Notes: generated by a model from the sequence alone, not told the origin. A DNA stretch of 64,000 nt from an uncultured Candidatus Saccharibacteria bacterium (GCA_964457775.1 CAYWEW010000003.1:30776-94775), one strand, 5' to 3'. Numbered from the stretch's first letter, positions 1-9,448 are shown. Translations and numbers: made by a program.

Positions 1-1103
1 AGACCTTGTTCTAGGAGTTGATTCATGAAAATCGTTTCCATTCTTCTGGCATTTGGATAATCTGAGTGTTTACCACCCGCAACTTCCGTGTACCAACCAG
101 AAAAATCACTAATCGAAACATTTCGACCAAAGGGTAGAAGTTCTTTATCTCTCTCGTCCTCTAGTTCACAGCACTTTTTGTGATAGATTCTACGAGCTTC
201 ACTTTCTTTTGGTGATAGTTTAGCTTTATTATAGACCTCTCTTATTACGTCATCACTAGTTTCAGTTAATGATTCTACGAAAGCTCTCGCTGATTCGGCC
301 AAAAGTTTAAGATAAAGAGCCTTATATACTTTTGAAACATTGGGAACTCTGTCATACTTGCGTACTAATCTCTCGGCGTCATCTGATGTTTCGCAGTTGG
401 CAGTTTCTTCTGCCATTTTTTCAAGCGCTATTTTTTCAAGAGTGAATAATATTAGATCATGAGATTTTAGGGAAAATGACACTGAATCAAGTAATGCAAT
501 CACTTCTTCTGGGGTTTTGCACAGAAGTAATTTTTGTCTTGCTTCAGCATCTTCAAAAGCCGTCTTTAGATTTTCGCAGCGCTTGTTGAAATCGTGGTCG
601 TATGTTTTAAGTCTCTTCACAAGACCACTAACATCTTTTACTGTCTTACATTCTTGTAACCATTTGTGTCTTAATTTTTCTTCAAAATTGCGAAGCAGTC
701 CGTGGTATATGCCTTTTGCTTCACACCCCTCTGGGGCAGATTCATAAAGTGCTAAGGCGTCTTCATATGTTTTGCAGTTGGCAGCTTTGGTTACTGTTTC
801 GCGGTCCGCAAATACCTTCCAGCATTCAAAATAGATAGCATCAGCTTCTCTCTTGTGTGGTCTCTGGGAGTTTCTATAAAGTGCTAGCGATTCTTCTTCG
901 GACGTGCACTTTGAAGTTTCTTCTACAGCAATTAGTTTTGCAACTTCTTCCCATCTGTCTTCAATAATTTGTTGAATTTCACTTCCCCACGGAGTCAAGG
1001 CATGCAAATTGCATAATCTCAGTGGATCAGATATTTCTGCAATTCTACCTCTTACTTTCTCAACAACTTTACTTCTTATGATTGGAGGCGTCTTCGTTCC
1101 CAT
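1..1103 (-). CDS. Hypothetical helical repeat protein (~43-aa repeats), runs off the window start
   Basis: Not in ORF track. ATG at 1103 with AGGAG SD. Frame spot-checked at several points and at 1-120 (…VSISDFSGWYTEVAGGKHSDYPNARRMETIFMNQLLEQG). C-[KET]-[TS]-x-[EKD]-[DE] motif recurs in frame at 906, 774, 648, 519 and 393. Confidence 0.75.
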   Translation of the reverse strand, partial: MGTKTPPIIRSKVVEKVRGRIAEISDPLRLCNLHALTPWGSEIQQIIEDRWEEVAKLIAVEETSKCTSEEESLALYRNSQRPHKREADAIYFECWKVFADRETVTKAANCKTYEDALALYESAPEGCEAKGIYHGLLRNFEEKLRHKWLQECKTVKDVSGLVKRLKTYDHDFNKRCENLKTAFEDAEARQKLLLCKTPEEVIALLDSVSFSLKSHDLILFTLEKIALEKMAEETANCETSDDAERLVRKYDRVPNVSKVYKALYLKLLAESARAFVESLTETSDDVIREVYNKAKLSPKESEARRIYHKKCCELEDERDKELLPFGRNVSISDFSGWYTEVAGGKHSDYPNARRMETIFMNQLLEQG

Positions 1104-1182
1104 GGTGATTCTCCTTCTGGTTATTGAAAAGTACATATACCAAGAAGAATCCTATCATATATAATTATTGTCACAAAATTAT

Positions 1183-1213
1183 AAAAGCCCCGACACCGAA
1201 GTGGGGGGCTTTT
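1183..1213 (-). terminator. Intrinsic terminator with cUUCGg tetraloop on the minus strand
   Basis: aaaagcccc-ga-cac-cgaa-gtg-gg-ggggctttt on plus; A/T tails on both sides. Confidence 0.75.
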
Positions 1214-1434
1214 GGGAGTAAGTTTAGTTTCTGGTCAAATGTTGTGCTCGAGCCGAGCCAGCTCATATGAAAAGAATTCTAGACTAATTCCCAGTTCGTC
1301 CGGCGGACGAACTTATCTTGATACCCCTGTACGCATACCAACTTAATGGATTCTGCAAGGGGTTGGCGGGGTTTGTGGAAAGAACTTAGGTTTGGTCGCG
1401 GATGCGCACCATTTTGACCTCCTCTTTGATTGAC
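1183..1434 (-). ncRNA. Candidate structured ncRNA (or micro-ORF mRNA, MVRIRDQT) of unknown class
   Basis: Perfect promoter upstream and terminator downstream. GC-richer than flanks. 5' GGTCAAAATG-GTGC pairs with 3' GCAC-AA-CATTTGACC; three internal hairpins. Confidence 0.55.
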
Positions 1435-1440
1435 TTGTTA

Positions 1441-1469
1441 ATTATATCATATATAAGTATATCTGTCAA
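1441..1469 (-). promoter_or_regulatory. Consensus sigma70 promoter TTGACA-N17-TATAAT
   Basis: Reverse complement of 1441-1469 = ttgaca gatatacttatatatga tataat. Confidence 0.85.
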
Positions 1470-1513
1470 GTAGGTAAAAATTGCTTTAAAATGAGGGGAA
1501 TTTAAAAAACAAA

Positions 1514-1541
1514 AATGCGGATGACGTAAGTCATCCGCATT
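1514..1541 (-). terminator. Intrinsic terminator after the 1558-2233 ORF pair
   Basis: aatgcggatgac-gtaa-gtcatccgcatt 12-bp stem with A/T runs. Confidence 0.7.
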
Positions 1542-1557
1542 CATTTTTTTGTCTAAT

Positions 1558-1797
1558 TTACCTTTTAGGAATTTCATATGACCAGTCGTCACTTCCTGGA
1601 CACATTTCTGTTCCTTTTCCGATTCTGTGAGATTCGAGAAAACATTTTTTGGGTTCATTCCCTGAATCAAAATTAACAACCTTAACATCACTTCTGTTAC
1701 AGTGAGGGCAGGTTGTTTTTCCGATTACGTGACGTGTATGAAGAAGTCTTTCCTTCGGTGTTAATTCCTCGATTACTATTTCATTTGTCAGACTCAT
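1558..1797 (-). CDS. Small hypothetical Zn-ribbon-like protein
   Basis: 79 aa, CPHC plus later C/H/C; AAGGAG SD upstream. Confidence 0.6.
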   Translation of the reverse strand: MSLTNEIVIEELTPKERLLHTRHVIGKTTCPHCNRSDVKVVNFDSGNEPKKCFLESHRIGKGTEMCPGSDDWSYEIPKR

Positions 1798-1819
1798 CTC
1801 TCACTCCTTATGTTTTTGT

Positions 1820-2233
1820 TTATGAATAGGCTATGTCAGTCATTTCTCCCGTACTTTTTAGTAGTAACCAAATGTATCTTGGATGGCTTGACCTTAGTTC
1901 ACGAGAAAACCTACGAAACACATTTCTTTTTACTTTTTTACTTTTTGACATTAATCTCAAAAAGTTAAACAGTGTTGTTATTTTTTCTTCCTCCAAAATT
2001 AAAAGTGCTTTGAGTGATAGAGGGAACCAAGACTTTAAACTCAAATCCGTAGCTATCCTGTTTTCATTCATATAACGTAGTGCTCTTAAAGCACCATCTC
2101 TAGCTTTCTCAAATTGATTTTTTGTGCAAGGTTTGTGATTCAAATTATTAATCTCGGTATTGATTTTTGATAAAAACAATTTCAGAGAGTTGATAATAAA
2201 CCCTCTTTTGTATGGAGCTGAATATTTTGTCAT
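1820..2233 (-). CDS. Hypothetical protein
   Basis: 137-aa ORF with GGGG SD-like site, co-oriented with 1558-1797. Confidence 0.5.
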   Translation of the reverse strand: MTKYSAPYKRGFIINSLKLFLSKINTEINNLNHKPCTKNQFEKARDGALRALRYMNENRIATDLSLKSWFPLSLKALLILEEEKITTLFNFLRLMSKSKKVKRNVFRRFSRELRSSHPRYIWLLLKSTGEMTDIAYS

Positions 2234-2322
2234 AACTACCCCTAATAATTTGTCTGTATATAATCTACTATTAATATATCACTATGTCTATACAGTGAAT
2301 AATTGCTATACTAAAAATCACT

Positions 2323-3207
2323 ATGGTAGATAAATATACAGCAGTTTGGGTGTCGCATTCGTCAATGGGGGATTTTCTAAAATGCCCTCGTCTTTATTAT
2401 TTGCATAATATGTATAAGAGTCCAAAGACTGGACATAAAGTTTCTATTGTTAGCCCACATATGTCACTTGGTATTGCTGTGCATGAAGTATTGGAAGGTC
2501 TAGCTGAATACCCAGCTAATGAAAGAATGAGCCGTGATCTTCGTGCGAAGTTCGAAGAGTCATGGTTAAAAGTTACAGGAAAGAAAGGTGGTTTCACTAG
2601 TAATGAAGAAGAGGAAGAATTTAAGCAAAGAGGAAAGGAGATGATTAATAATGTTATCAAAGATCCGCGATTTTTGGTTAATAAATGTATTAAGCTTAAG
2701 CGTGATACGATGCCGTGCAATTTTTATTTGAGCGAGGATCACAATATTATTTTAAACGGTCTAGTTGATTGGTTGGAATATTTACCACTTACAGATTCAC
2801 TTCATATTATTGATTTTAAAACTGGAAAACATGAAGAAAAAGAAAATTCTCTTCAGCTTCCAATATATCTTTTACTTTGTAATGCGCTTCAAAAAAGAAA
2901 AGTAACCAAAGCAAGTTATTGGTATCTTGAAAGTGATAAGATGGTTGAGGCTACTCTTCCAGATATAGAAACAGCAGAAAAGAATGTTTTAGAAGTTGCG
3001 ATGAAGGTAAAAGAGGCTAGAAGAATTGCAAAGAATGAAGGGGAGGGTAAAGTTTTTGTTTGTCCTGAGGGCGCTTATAATCCTATAACTAAGGAAGGTG
3101 GATGCATGAATTGTAGGCCTTATGAATGGATAATAAACGGTGATGAGAGAATGGAATCAGTTGGTGTTGGGGGATTTAGTCAGGATATGTATATTGTGAG
3201 GAAATAG
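2323..3207 (+). CDS. PD-(D/E)XK nuclease, RecB/AddB-like (PDDEXK_1 type)
   Basis: SHSSxxxFxxCP N-terminus, LGxAVHxVLE, GLVD…IIDFKTGK, QLxIY, C-terminal C…CxxC. Confidence 0.8.
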   Translation: MVDKYTAVWVSHSSMGDFLKCPRLYYLHNMYKSPKTGHKVSIVSPHMSLGIAVHEVLEGLAEYPANERMSRDLRAKFEESWLKVTGKKGGFTSNEEEEEFKQRGKEMINNVIKDPRFLVNKCIKLKRDTMPCNFYLSEDHNIILNGLVDWLEYLPLTDSLHIIDFKTGKHEEKENSLQLPIYLLLCNALQKRKVTKASYWYLESDKMVEATLPDIETAEKNVLEVAMKVKEARRIAKNEGEGKVFVCPEGAYNPITKEGGCMNCRPYEWIINGDERMESVGVGGFSQDMYIVRK

Positions 3208-3211
3208 AGTT

Positions 3212-3724
3212 ATGCTTAACTATATGAAAAATAATAATTTAATAATCGGTGTAGGTGTGGTTATCTTAGTAGTAGTGGCCTATTTTCTTGGTACTAAAAA
3301 TAACACAACTCAAACTGAAGTGTCAGGATCCGTTGTTTCTAATACAACAGATTCTACATCAACTTCAACTGCAGTCATAAAAAATACAAATGTAAAACCT
3401 GTTGTAAAGACAACAACCACCACCACATCAAGTAATTATATTAAAATAGATCAAAGAGTTTTGTTAAGTGGTGTCTATGTTACGCCGAGTAAAGTTACAT
3501 ATGATAGTAGGTGTGCAAAGGATGTGCAATGTATACAGGCAGGAACTGTTGAATTAGGGGTTTTGCTTGAAAGCGGAAGTCTGTCTCAAAGCGTAATTAT
3601 AACTCTTGGTAAGCCGTTTTATTTCGCTGAAAGACAAGTAACTTTAACAAGCGTTACTCCTAGTAAGTTATCAACTAAAGTTTTAAAAGACTCTGATTAC
3701 AGATTTTCAATTACTGTTAAGTAA
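3212..3724 (+). CDS. Membrane-anchored hypothetical protein
   Basis: N-terminal TM, Thr/Ser-rich linker, DSRCxxDVQCIxAG motif. Confidence 0.7.
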   Translation: MLNYMKNNNLIIGVGVVILVVVAYFLGTKNNTTQTEVSGSVVSNTTDSTSTSTAVIKNTNVKPVVKTTTTTTSSNYIKIDQRVLLSGVYVTPSKVTYDSRCAKDVQCIQAGTVELGVLLESGSLSQSVIITLGKPFYFAERQVTLTSVTPSKLSTKVLKDSDYRFSITVK

Positions 3725-3736
3725 TAAAAATTTAAT

Positions 3737-4360
3737 TTAATACTTTAATTTAAAAGCTTTCTTCGCTCCTGGTGGAATGTCTTTTATTTCCTCGAATTTA
3801 TATTTTGATTTTTTGTCACAATTATTTTTAACTGACTCTGTAACTAGTATTTCATAAGCACCGGCGGTGTCCTCTCCTAATTTACTTGCGGCATTTACTT
3901 CGGCACCATAGACATCATTGTCTCCAATTTTTAGAACCTTGCCATAGCCTAGTCCTACACATAACAAAACCTGTTCTTCTTTTGTTCTATTTTTGTTGTA
4001 TTTTGCTAACACCTTCTCCATTTGTATTGATGCTTGTATTCCTTTTTCAATATTTCTAAATATAACCAAGTAACTGTCACCTTCAGCTTTAAGAAGTATG
4101 CCGTCATGATTTTCCAATATTGGTATTAGTAGTCGTTGAGATTCATGTATGGTTTGTAGAAAATGTATAATACCAAATTTTTCAACATGTCTAGAAAATC
4201 CTGATAGGTCAGTGAACATTACACACCAGTCTTCTCCAAATAGGTCCCAGATTCTTTTGTCTATCAACTCTCTGTTAGCACCTTTTTTGAGACGTTCATT
4301 AATGAGGTTTTCTAGTCGGTCTTCTGATGCTGAAGTGAGTATAAGTTTTTTGTATGACAT
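3737..4360 (-). CDS. Class III adenylate/guanylate cyclase domain protein
   Basis: VMFTDLSGFS, LKAEGDS, VGLGYG, DVYGAEVNAASKL motifs. Confidence 0.85.
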   Translation of the reverse strand: MSYKKLILTSASEDRLENLINERLKKGANRELIDKRIWDLFGEDWCVMFTDLSGFSRHVEKFGIIHFLQTIHESQRLLIPILENHDGILLKAEGDSYLVIFRNIEKGIQASIQMEKVLAKYNKNRTKEEQVLLCVGLGYGKVLKIGDNDVYGAEVNAASKLGEDTAGAYEILVTESVKNNCDKKSKYKFEEIKDIPPGAKKAFKLKY

Positions 4361-4417
4361 GGATTACATATAATTATATTATTAAGTGTATTCCTTTTTT
4401 AGAAAATGTAAAAAGAA

Positions 4418-4450
4418 AATGGGATGGTTCGCGAGGCGAACCATCCCATT
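4418..4450 (-). terminator. Intrinsic terminator after phoH-like gene
   Basis: 15-bp perfect stem aatgggatggttcgc-gag-gcgaaccatcccatt. Confidence 0.75.
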
Positions 4451-4463
4451 ATGATTTTTGAAA

Positions 4464-6041
4464 CTAAAGAACTTTGTTTGCGTGATCCGCAAGGCGTGAA
4501 CGTTCACCTTTTAGCAATGTTATATGACCACTATGTCTCCAATCTTTAAAACGATCAACGAGGTGTGCTAGGCCTGAAGACCCTTCAGTGATGTAAGGGG
4601 TATCAATTTGCGCGAGGTTACCCAGACAAACAATTTTTGTTCCTGGTCCGGCACGAGTAATAAGTGCCTTCATTAACTTCGGTGTAAGATTCTGAGCCTC
4701 GTCAATAATTAGAAACTTATTGAGAAAAGTTCTTCCGCGCATAAAGCCCATAGACTTTATTTTTATACGACTGCGCACTAGGTCCATTGTTGCTGCCTTA
4801 CCCCAGTCACCGCCGTATTTAACCCCGTCACCTTTTTCTGTGCATTGGTTACCACTATTAAGTACATCAAGATTATCTTCAAGCGCACCCATCCACGGAG
4901 TCATTTTTTCTTCCTCTGTTCCAGGAAGAAAACCAATTTCTTCTCCAAGTGGAACTGTTACGCGGGTAATAATTATTTCTGAATAACGTTTTGTTTCAAG
5001 AGTTTTAGTGAGTGCAGCAGCAAGTGCTAGTAATGTTTTTCCAGTACCTGCTTGGCCAAGAAGGGTAACAATGTCAACGTCTTCGTCGAGTAAAAGATTG
5101 AGTGCAAAGTTTTGTTCACGGTTACGAGCAACTATTCCCCACACTGCACTTTTTTGATGAGTGTAGTCATTTGCTGTTCGTAGTGTGACAAAGCGAGGCT
5201 CCTTCTTTATAACTTGCGCTTCGAATTTTTCCCCACCAACTGAATAAACAAATTCATTAGGTTGTAGGGATTGAATTAAATGACCAGATACTTCGTATAT
5301 AGAATTTTTCCCTTCTTTTTTTACTTCAGGACTTTTGGGTTGATTGTTCCAGAAATCATCAGGAAGTTCTTGCATGCCTTGATACAGCATATCAGCATCT
5401 TCTATTACCAGGTCATTGCGATAATCCTCGACCTCTATTCTTAGCATTCGTGCCTTGATACGCATAATGGTATCTTTGGAAACAAGAACAACTTTGTACC
5501 TGCCTTTGTACTTCGTGACTAAATGGCTTACAACAGCAAGAATTCTGTCGTCACCATTCTTAGCAGTGTCTTCCGCAGGTACATCTTCAGTTTGTAGAAA
5601 CAAAGAGCCTGTAGCAATGCCACCAGAAGCTTCAAATAATGGTATGCCATCGTAGATATTAATTGTCGAATCAGTGGAAAGAATTTCCTCTAACGTTCGA
5701 GATATTTGACGAGAATTTCTATTTTTTTCTTCATGACCTTTTTTGTTGTCATCAAGCTCCCGAACTGTTTGCATTGGGAAATAAACATGATGTTCTTGGA
5801 ATCTGTATACACAAGTTGGGTCATGCATAGGTACGTTGGTATCAAGTACATACATGCACAACTCAGTAGGCACATTAAGAACTTTTTGCTTTCTTTGTGT
5901 TTTTTGCACGAAGGGTATTTGGGGCTTTTTACTGCTACCAAAATTTTTGGCAGCAATATCAGTTTGTTTGCTAAGCTGTGCCCTCCTACCACTCCTTGCA
6001 CCACCCACAGAACTGATTGGTTTACCTTTTGGACTTGCCAT
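4464..6041 (-). CDS. PIN-PhoH (PhoH2-like) ATPase/RNase
   Basis: PIN motifs VLDTNV…ELD…DDRIL…SKD; Walker A GQAGTGKT; RGRT; IIDEAQN. Confidence 0.9.
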   Translation of the reverse strand: MASPKGKPISSVGGARSGRRAQLSKQTDIAAKNFGSSKKPQIPFVQKTQRKQKVLNVPTELCMYVLDTNVPMHDPTCVYRFQEHHVYFPMQTVRELDDNKKGHEEKNRNSRQISRTLEEILSTDSTINIYDGIPLFEASGGIATGSLFLQTEDVPAEDTAKNGDDRILAVVSHLVTKYKGRYKVVLVSKDTIMRIKARMLRIEVEDYRNDLVIEDADMLYQGMQELPDDFWNNQPKSPEVKKEGKNSIYEVSGHLIQSLQPNEFVYSVGGEKFEAQVIKKEPRFVTLRTANDYTHQKSAVWGIVARNREQNFALNLLLDEDVDIVTLLGQAGTGKTLLALAAALTKTLETKRYSEIIITRVTVPLGEEIGFLPGTEEEKMTPWMGALEDNLDVLNSGNQCTEKGDGVKYGGDWGKAATMDLVRSRIKIKSMGFMRGRTFLNKFLIIDEAQNLTPKLMKALITRAGPGTKIVCLGNLAQIDTPYITEGSSGLAHLVDRFKDWRHSGHITLLKGERSRLADHANKVL

Positions 6042-6194
6042 GATTCTTACTCCCTTGTGGTTAATTGAAAAAGAACAAATTACCTAGCGTATACTATGCC
6101 TTTTTAAGGATTATGCAAGTTTTGTTGTGAGTACATTAGAAGTAATTAAAAAGTGCGATATAATTAATATATGTTATTGGAATAATATAATTAT

Positions 6195-6581
6195 ATGGAA
6201 GGAAAACCACAAACAAATTCAACAGAAACAAAAATGGAAAACAATGAGCCTTTAGGATTAAAGGAGTCAGTTACGGAATTTTTAAAATCAAAAGGGGTGG
6301 ATACGGAAGTTTTTAAACCTGTTGTTAATATAACTGACAAAGGTTATTTGTCAGTTGAGATTTATAAGGATGGAAAGAGTGTATTTAATGGATATTCAGC
6401 ATCTGAACCATTTAGTGTTGGAAAAGAAAAAATAATTGAAGGGGCAAAAGAAGCGGTTGGTTATTGGGTTGATAGTCAAGCTCCTGTAATGGAAGATATG
6501 AATGCAATCAGGGAAGATATTCATAAGCAGTTAGAATTAGTAAAAGCGAATATGGATAACCAAGACCAAAAGGCGGCATAA
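6195..6581 (+). CDS. Hypothetical protein
   Basis: 128-aa ORF. Confidence 0.6.
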   Translation: MEGKPQTNSTETKMENNEPLGLKESVTEFLKSKGVDTEVFKPVVNITDKGYLSVEIYKDGKSVFNGYSASEPFSVGKEKIIEGAKEAVGYWVDSQAPVMEDMNAIREDIHKQLELVKANMDNQDQKAA

Positions 6582-6588
6582 ATAAAAA

Positions 6589-7155
6589 TTGTACAAGTTG
6601 AAAAAGACCATAATACTAAATAGTAAGAAAATTGAGTACACATTAAAAGTTTCAGAAAGAGCAAAAGGAATAAGATTAGCTGTGTACTATGACGGTAGTT
6701 TTGTGGTTACTATTCCTAAGAGAGTAAAGGAGAATGTTGCTGAAGAGTTTATTCTTCAAAAATCAGAATGGATATTAAGTAAACTGGAACATTTCAAAAA
6801 TTGTCCAAAAAAAGAGGTAATTAAACACACAACAAAAGAAATAAAGGAATATAAAATAATAGCGGGGGAGTATGTTCGTACTCGTTTGGAATATTGGAAT
6901 AAATTTTATAATTTTAGCTATAATAAAATCACCATCAAAAATGTAAAATCAAGATGGGGGAGTTGCTCAAGGAAAGGGAATTTGAACTTCAATTATAAAA
7001 TTGCACTTCTCCCACAAGAGCTAGCTGATTATATTGTTGTACACGAGCTCTGTCATTTAGGTGAAATGAATCACTCATCAAAATTTTGGAACCTTGTCGC
7101 ACAAACAATTCCTGAACATAAGGAGCTACGTAGACAGCTTAAGGGCTCATTATAG
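6589..7155 (+). CDS. YgjP/DUF45-type (M48-like) metallopeptidase family protein
   Basis: RWGSCS, YIVVHELCHLxEMNHSxxFW. Confidence 0.85.
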   Translation: MYKLKKTIILNSKKIEYTLKVSERAKGIRLAVYYDGSFVVTIPKRVKENVAEEFILQKSEWILSKLEHFKNCPKKEVIKHTTKEIKEYKIIAGEYVRTRLEYWNKFYNFSYNKITIKNVKSRWGSCSRKGNLNFNYKIALLPQELADYIVVHELCHLGEMNHSSKFWNLVAQTIPEHKELRRQLKGSL

Positions 7156-7177
7156 TTCGTCATGCTATTATTAAAGT

Positions 7178-7576
7178 ATGAATACTAATTATGTTAACTA
7201 TAAAGATTTAATTAAGCCTGATTGGGCACCGCCTTCCTGGTTGTTCGGACCTGTTTGGAGTTTTCTGTATATTATTATTGCAGTCTCATTTGGTTATGTA
7301 GCTTACAAATATTTTAAAGGAGAGGTATCCTTCATGGTTCTTCTTCCGTTTATTTTGAATCTATTTTTTAATTTTATATTTACACCAATTCAGTTTGGAT
7401 TGAAAAATTTACCATTAGCAGCACTAGATATACTTTTGGTCCTTATTACATTAACTTGGTCATTGGTAGTAATATTTCCAATTATTGTTTGGGTTGCTTA
7501 TGCGAATATTCCATATTTGATATGGGTTTCTTTTGCTACAGTTTTGCAATTAACTATTACATTTCTAAATAAATAA
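7178..7576 (+). CDS. tspO: TspO/MBR family membrane protein
   Basis: KPDWAPPSWLFGPVW, PYLIWVSFATVL. Confidence 0.85.
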   Translation: MNTNYVNYKDLIKPDWAPPSWLFGPVWSFLYIIIAVSFGYVAYKYFKGEVSFMVLLPFILNLFFNFIFTPIQFGLKNLPLAALDILLVLITLTWSLVVIFPIIVWVAYANIPYLIWVSFATVLQLTITFLNK

Positions 7577-7581
7577 TAAAT

Positions 7582-8088
7582 ATGAAATCTGAGAAAGTAG
7601 TTGTGAATGACATTATGCAGAACAACTATGTATATGAAAGAACTGAGATAATTGGCAAGAATTTTGATTCTTTATTTCGTCCAGAGTTGACTCCAAAGGA
7701 AATGTTGGAGCTCGGTGTGTTTGGTGGTAAATATATGACTGACTGTAAAGATGAATTTCCAAAAAGTTGGTTTAAGAATGCAAAGTTAAATAGTGAGAAA
7801 TATGATAAGTCACTGAATTATTTTGGTGTAAAAGCAAGTCAGTCTCTTGCCGATTGGAGAAAGAGTGGGTGGTTACACAAGGATGATCCACGTGGATGGT
7901 TTCAGTGGTACTGTAGGTACTATATGGGAAGAAGACATGTTGATGATGGAAGACAAATAAAAAGATGGTTTAATATGAAGCGACATATTATTTGGCTACA
8001 AGGTGCTTGCAGAAGAGGAGATGAATCGTGTAGACCGAGACAACGCCAAGCTTTGCTTCATTGGGCGTATGATAGTAGGAAATTATAA
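7582..8088 (+). CDS. Conserved protein of unknown function (DPRGWFQWYCRYYxGRR family)
   Basis: LTPKEMLELGVFGGKY, NYFGVKASQSL, DPRGWFQWYCRYYMGRR, RQRQALLHWAYD. Confidence 0.8.
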   Translation: MKSEKVVVNDIMQNNYVYERTEIIGKNFDSLFRPELTPKEMLELGVFGGKYMTDCKDEFPKSWFKNAKLNSEKYDKSLNYFGVKASQSLADWRKSGWLHKDDPRGWFQWYCRYYMGRRHVDDGRQIKRWFNMKRHIIWLQGACRRGDESCRPRQRQALLHWAYDSRKL

Positions 8089-8172
8089 ATTACAAAAAAC
8101 ATAAATCTGTTAAGTAAGAATTTATATTTTTTTGAAAAAAATTTTTACTATAAATAATATTTGTACAAAATA

Positions 8173-8538
8173 TTATTTACTGTAATAAGAATTAATTTTT
8201 TCTTCAAGAGAATTAAAATCAGCATCAGCAACTCCAAAATGTCTACAAATTTGGGAACGTATATCACCTTGTTCAAATTCCTTTCGGAAATTTTCTTGTT
8301 GTCTAGGGTCTTGAGTATCATAGTTAGATTTCTTTCTAAGTTCCCTTGTGACCAAATCTATTAGTCCGACAGCGGGACGCTTAAGAACATCTTCTTTTTG
8401 ATTTTCCATAACCGCGATTATGGCTTCATTGATGTACTCATTTCTTTTTTCTATAAGTTCATATTTGTTCGGGTGTTGTGGAGAACCATCAACTAGATTG
8501 GTGTCATTATAATTATGAAAAGAAGAGTATTGTTCCAT
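8173..8538 (-). CDS. Hypothetical protein
   Basis: 121-aa ORF. Confidence 0.55.
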   Translation of the reverse strand: MEQYSSFHNYNDTNLVDGSPQHPNKYELIEKRNEYINEAIIAVMENQKEDVLKRPAVGLIDLVTRELRKKSNYDTQDPRQQENFRKEFEQGDIRSQICRHFGVADADFNSLEEKINSYYSK

Positions 8539-8646
8539 ATTTTGTGTTTATTTATTATTAAATAAGTATATCACTTATTTATTACAGAATTATATCTAAT
8601 TTACAAATTATTTAAATTACAATAAATATGCTATAATGTCTAGATT

Positions 8647-9396
8647 ATGACAGAAAAGGTATATTTATACGGACGAAATCCTCTAAAGGAGGCAATTCTT
8701 GCGAGTAAACGTAACGGTTCTTCAGTTATCGAGAAACTTTTTTTGACCAAGCAAGCAGAAGATGAACCGAAAGTGATGAGTCTAATTCAAAGTAATAATC
8801 TAACTTATGATGTTGTTACATATCAAGAAATAGAAAGTATGGTTGGTCGTGGTGTTGTGCATCAGGGTGTTTGTGCATTACTTGATGAAAGTACTCTTTA
8901 TACATCACTCGAAGAAGTGATTGCAAAGTCTAAAGCAAATGAAAGGAACTCACTTTTTGTATTATTAGATAAACTTCAAGACCCGCATAATGTTGGGGCG
9001 ATTATTCGTTCTGCTGTTGCTTTCGGGGCTGATGCAATATTGCTTCCTGAAAATGATCAGGTTCTTATAAATGGCACAGTTATCAAAACATCTTCAGGGA
9101 TGACATTCGCACTTCCGATTGTAAAAATTGGTAATGTGAACACTACTCTTACAAAATTAAAAGATAACGGATTTTGGACGTATGGATTAACTGGAGAAGG
9201 AGATACAAAATTACACAAAGCAAAATTTGATACTAATACTGTAATTGTTGTTGGTGGTGAGGGTGAAGGTATAAAAACAAAGACTCTTGAGTTGTGTGAT
9301 TTTAAATTGTCTATTGAAACGAATTCATTATGTGAATCGTTGAATGCGTCAAATGCTAGTGCTGTTGTGTTATACGAATGGCGTAAGCAAAATTAA
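8647..9396 (+). CDS. rlmB: 23S rRNA 2'-O-methyltransferase, TrmH/RlmB SPOUT family
   Basis: HQGV, LQDPHNVGAIIRSA, VGGEGEG, SLNASNA. Confidence 0.85.
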   Translation: MTEKVYLYGRNPLKEAILASKRNGSSVIEKLFLTKQAEDEPKVMSLIQSNNLTYDVVTYQEIESMVGRGVVHQGVCALLDESTLYTSLEEVIAKSKANERNSLFVLLDKLQDPHNVGAIIRSAVAFGADAILLPENDQVLINGTVIKTSSGMTFALPIVKIGNVNTTLTKLKDNGFWTYGLTGEGDTKLHKAKFDTNTVIVVGGEGEGIKTKTLELCDFKLSIETNSLCESLNASNASAVVLYEWRKQN

Positions 9397-9448
9397 TAAA
9401 ATACATGCCTTTAAAACAAAATGAAAATAAGGGGTGGCCAAGGAGCGA

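Noticed and set aside
1386-1691. 101-aa minus-strand ORF in the track
   Set aside because: It overlaps the better-supported 1558-1797 ORF and runs through a terminator and a promoter; only the last 8 codons have an SD.
2323-3207. Cas4 / CRISPR-Cas system
   Set aside because: A four-Cys PD-(D/E)XK nuclease, but no cas1/cas2 and no repeat-spacer array anywhere in the window; a stand-alone RecB-like nuclease is more likely.
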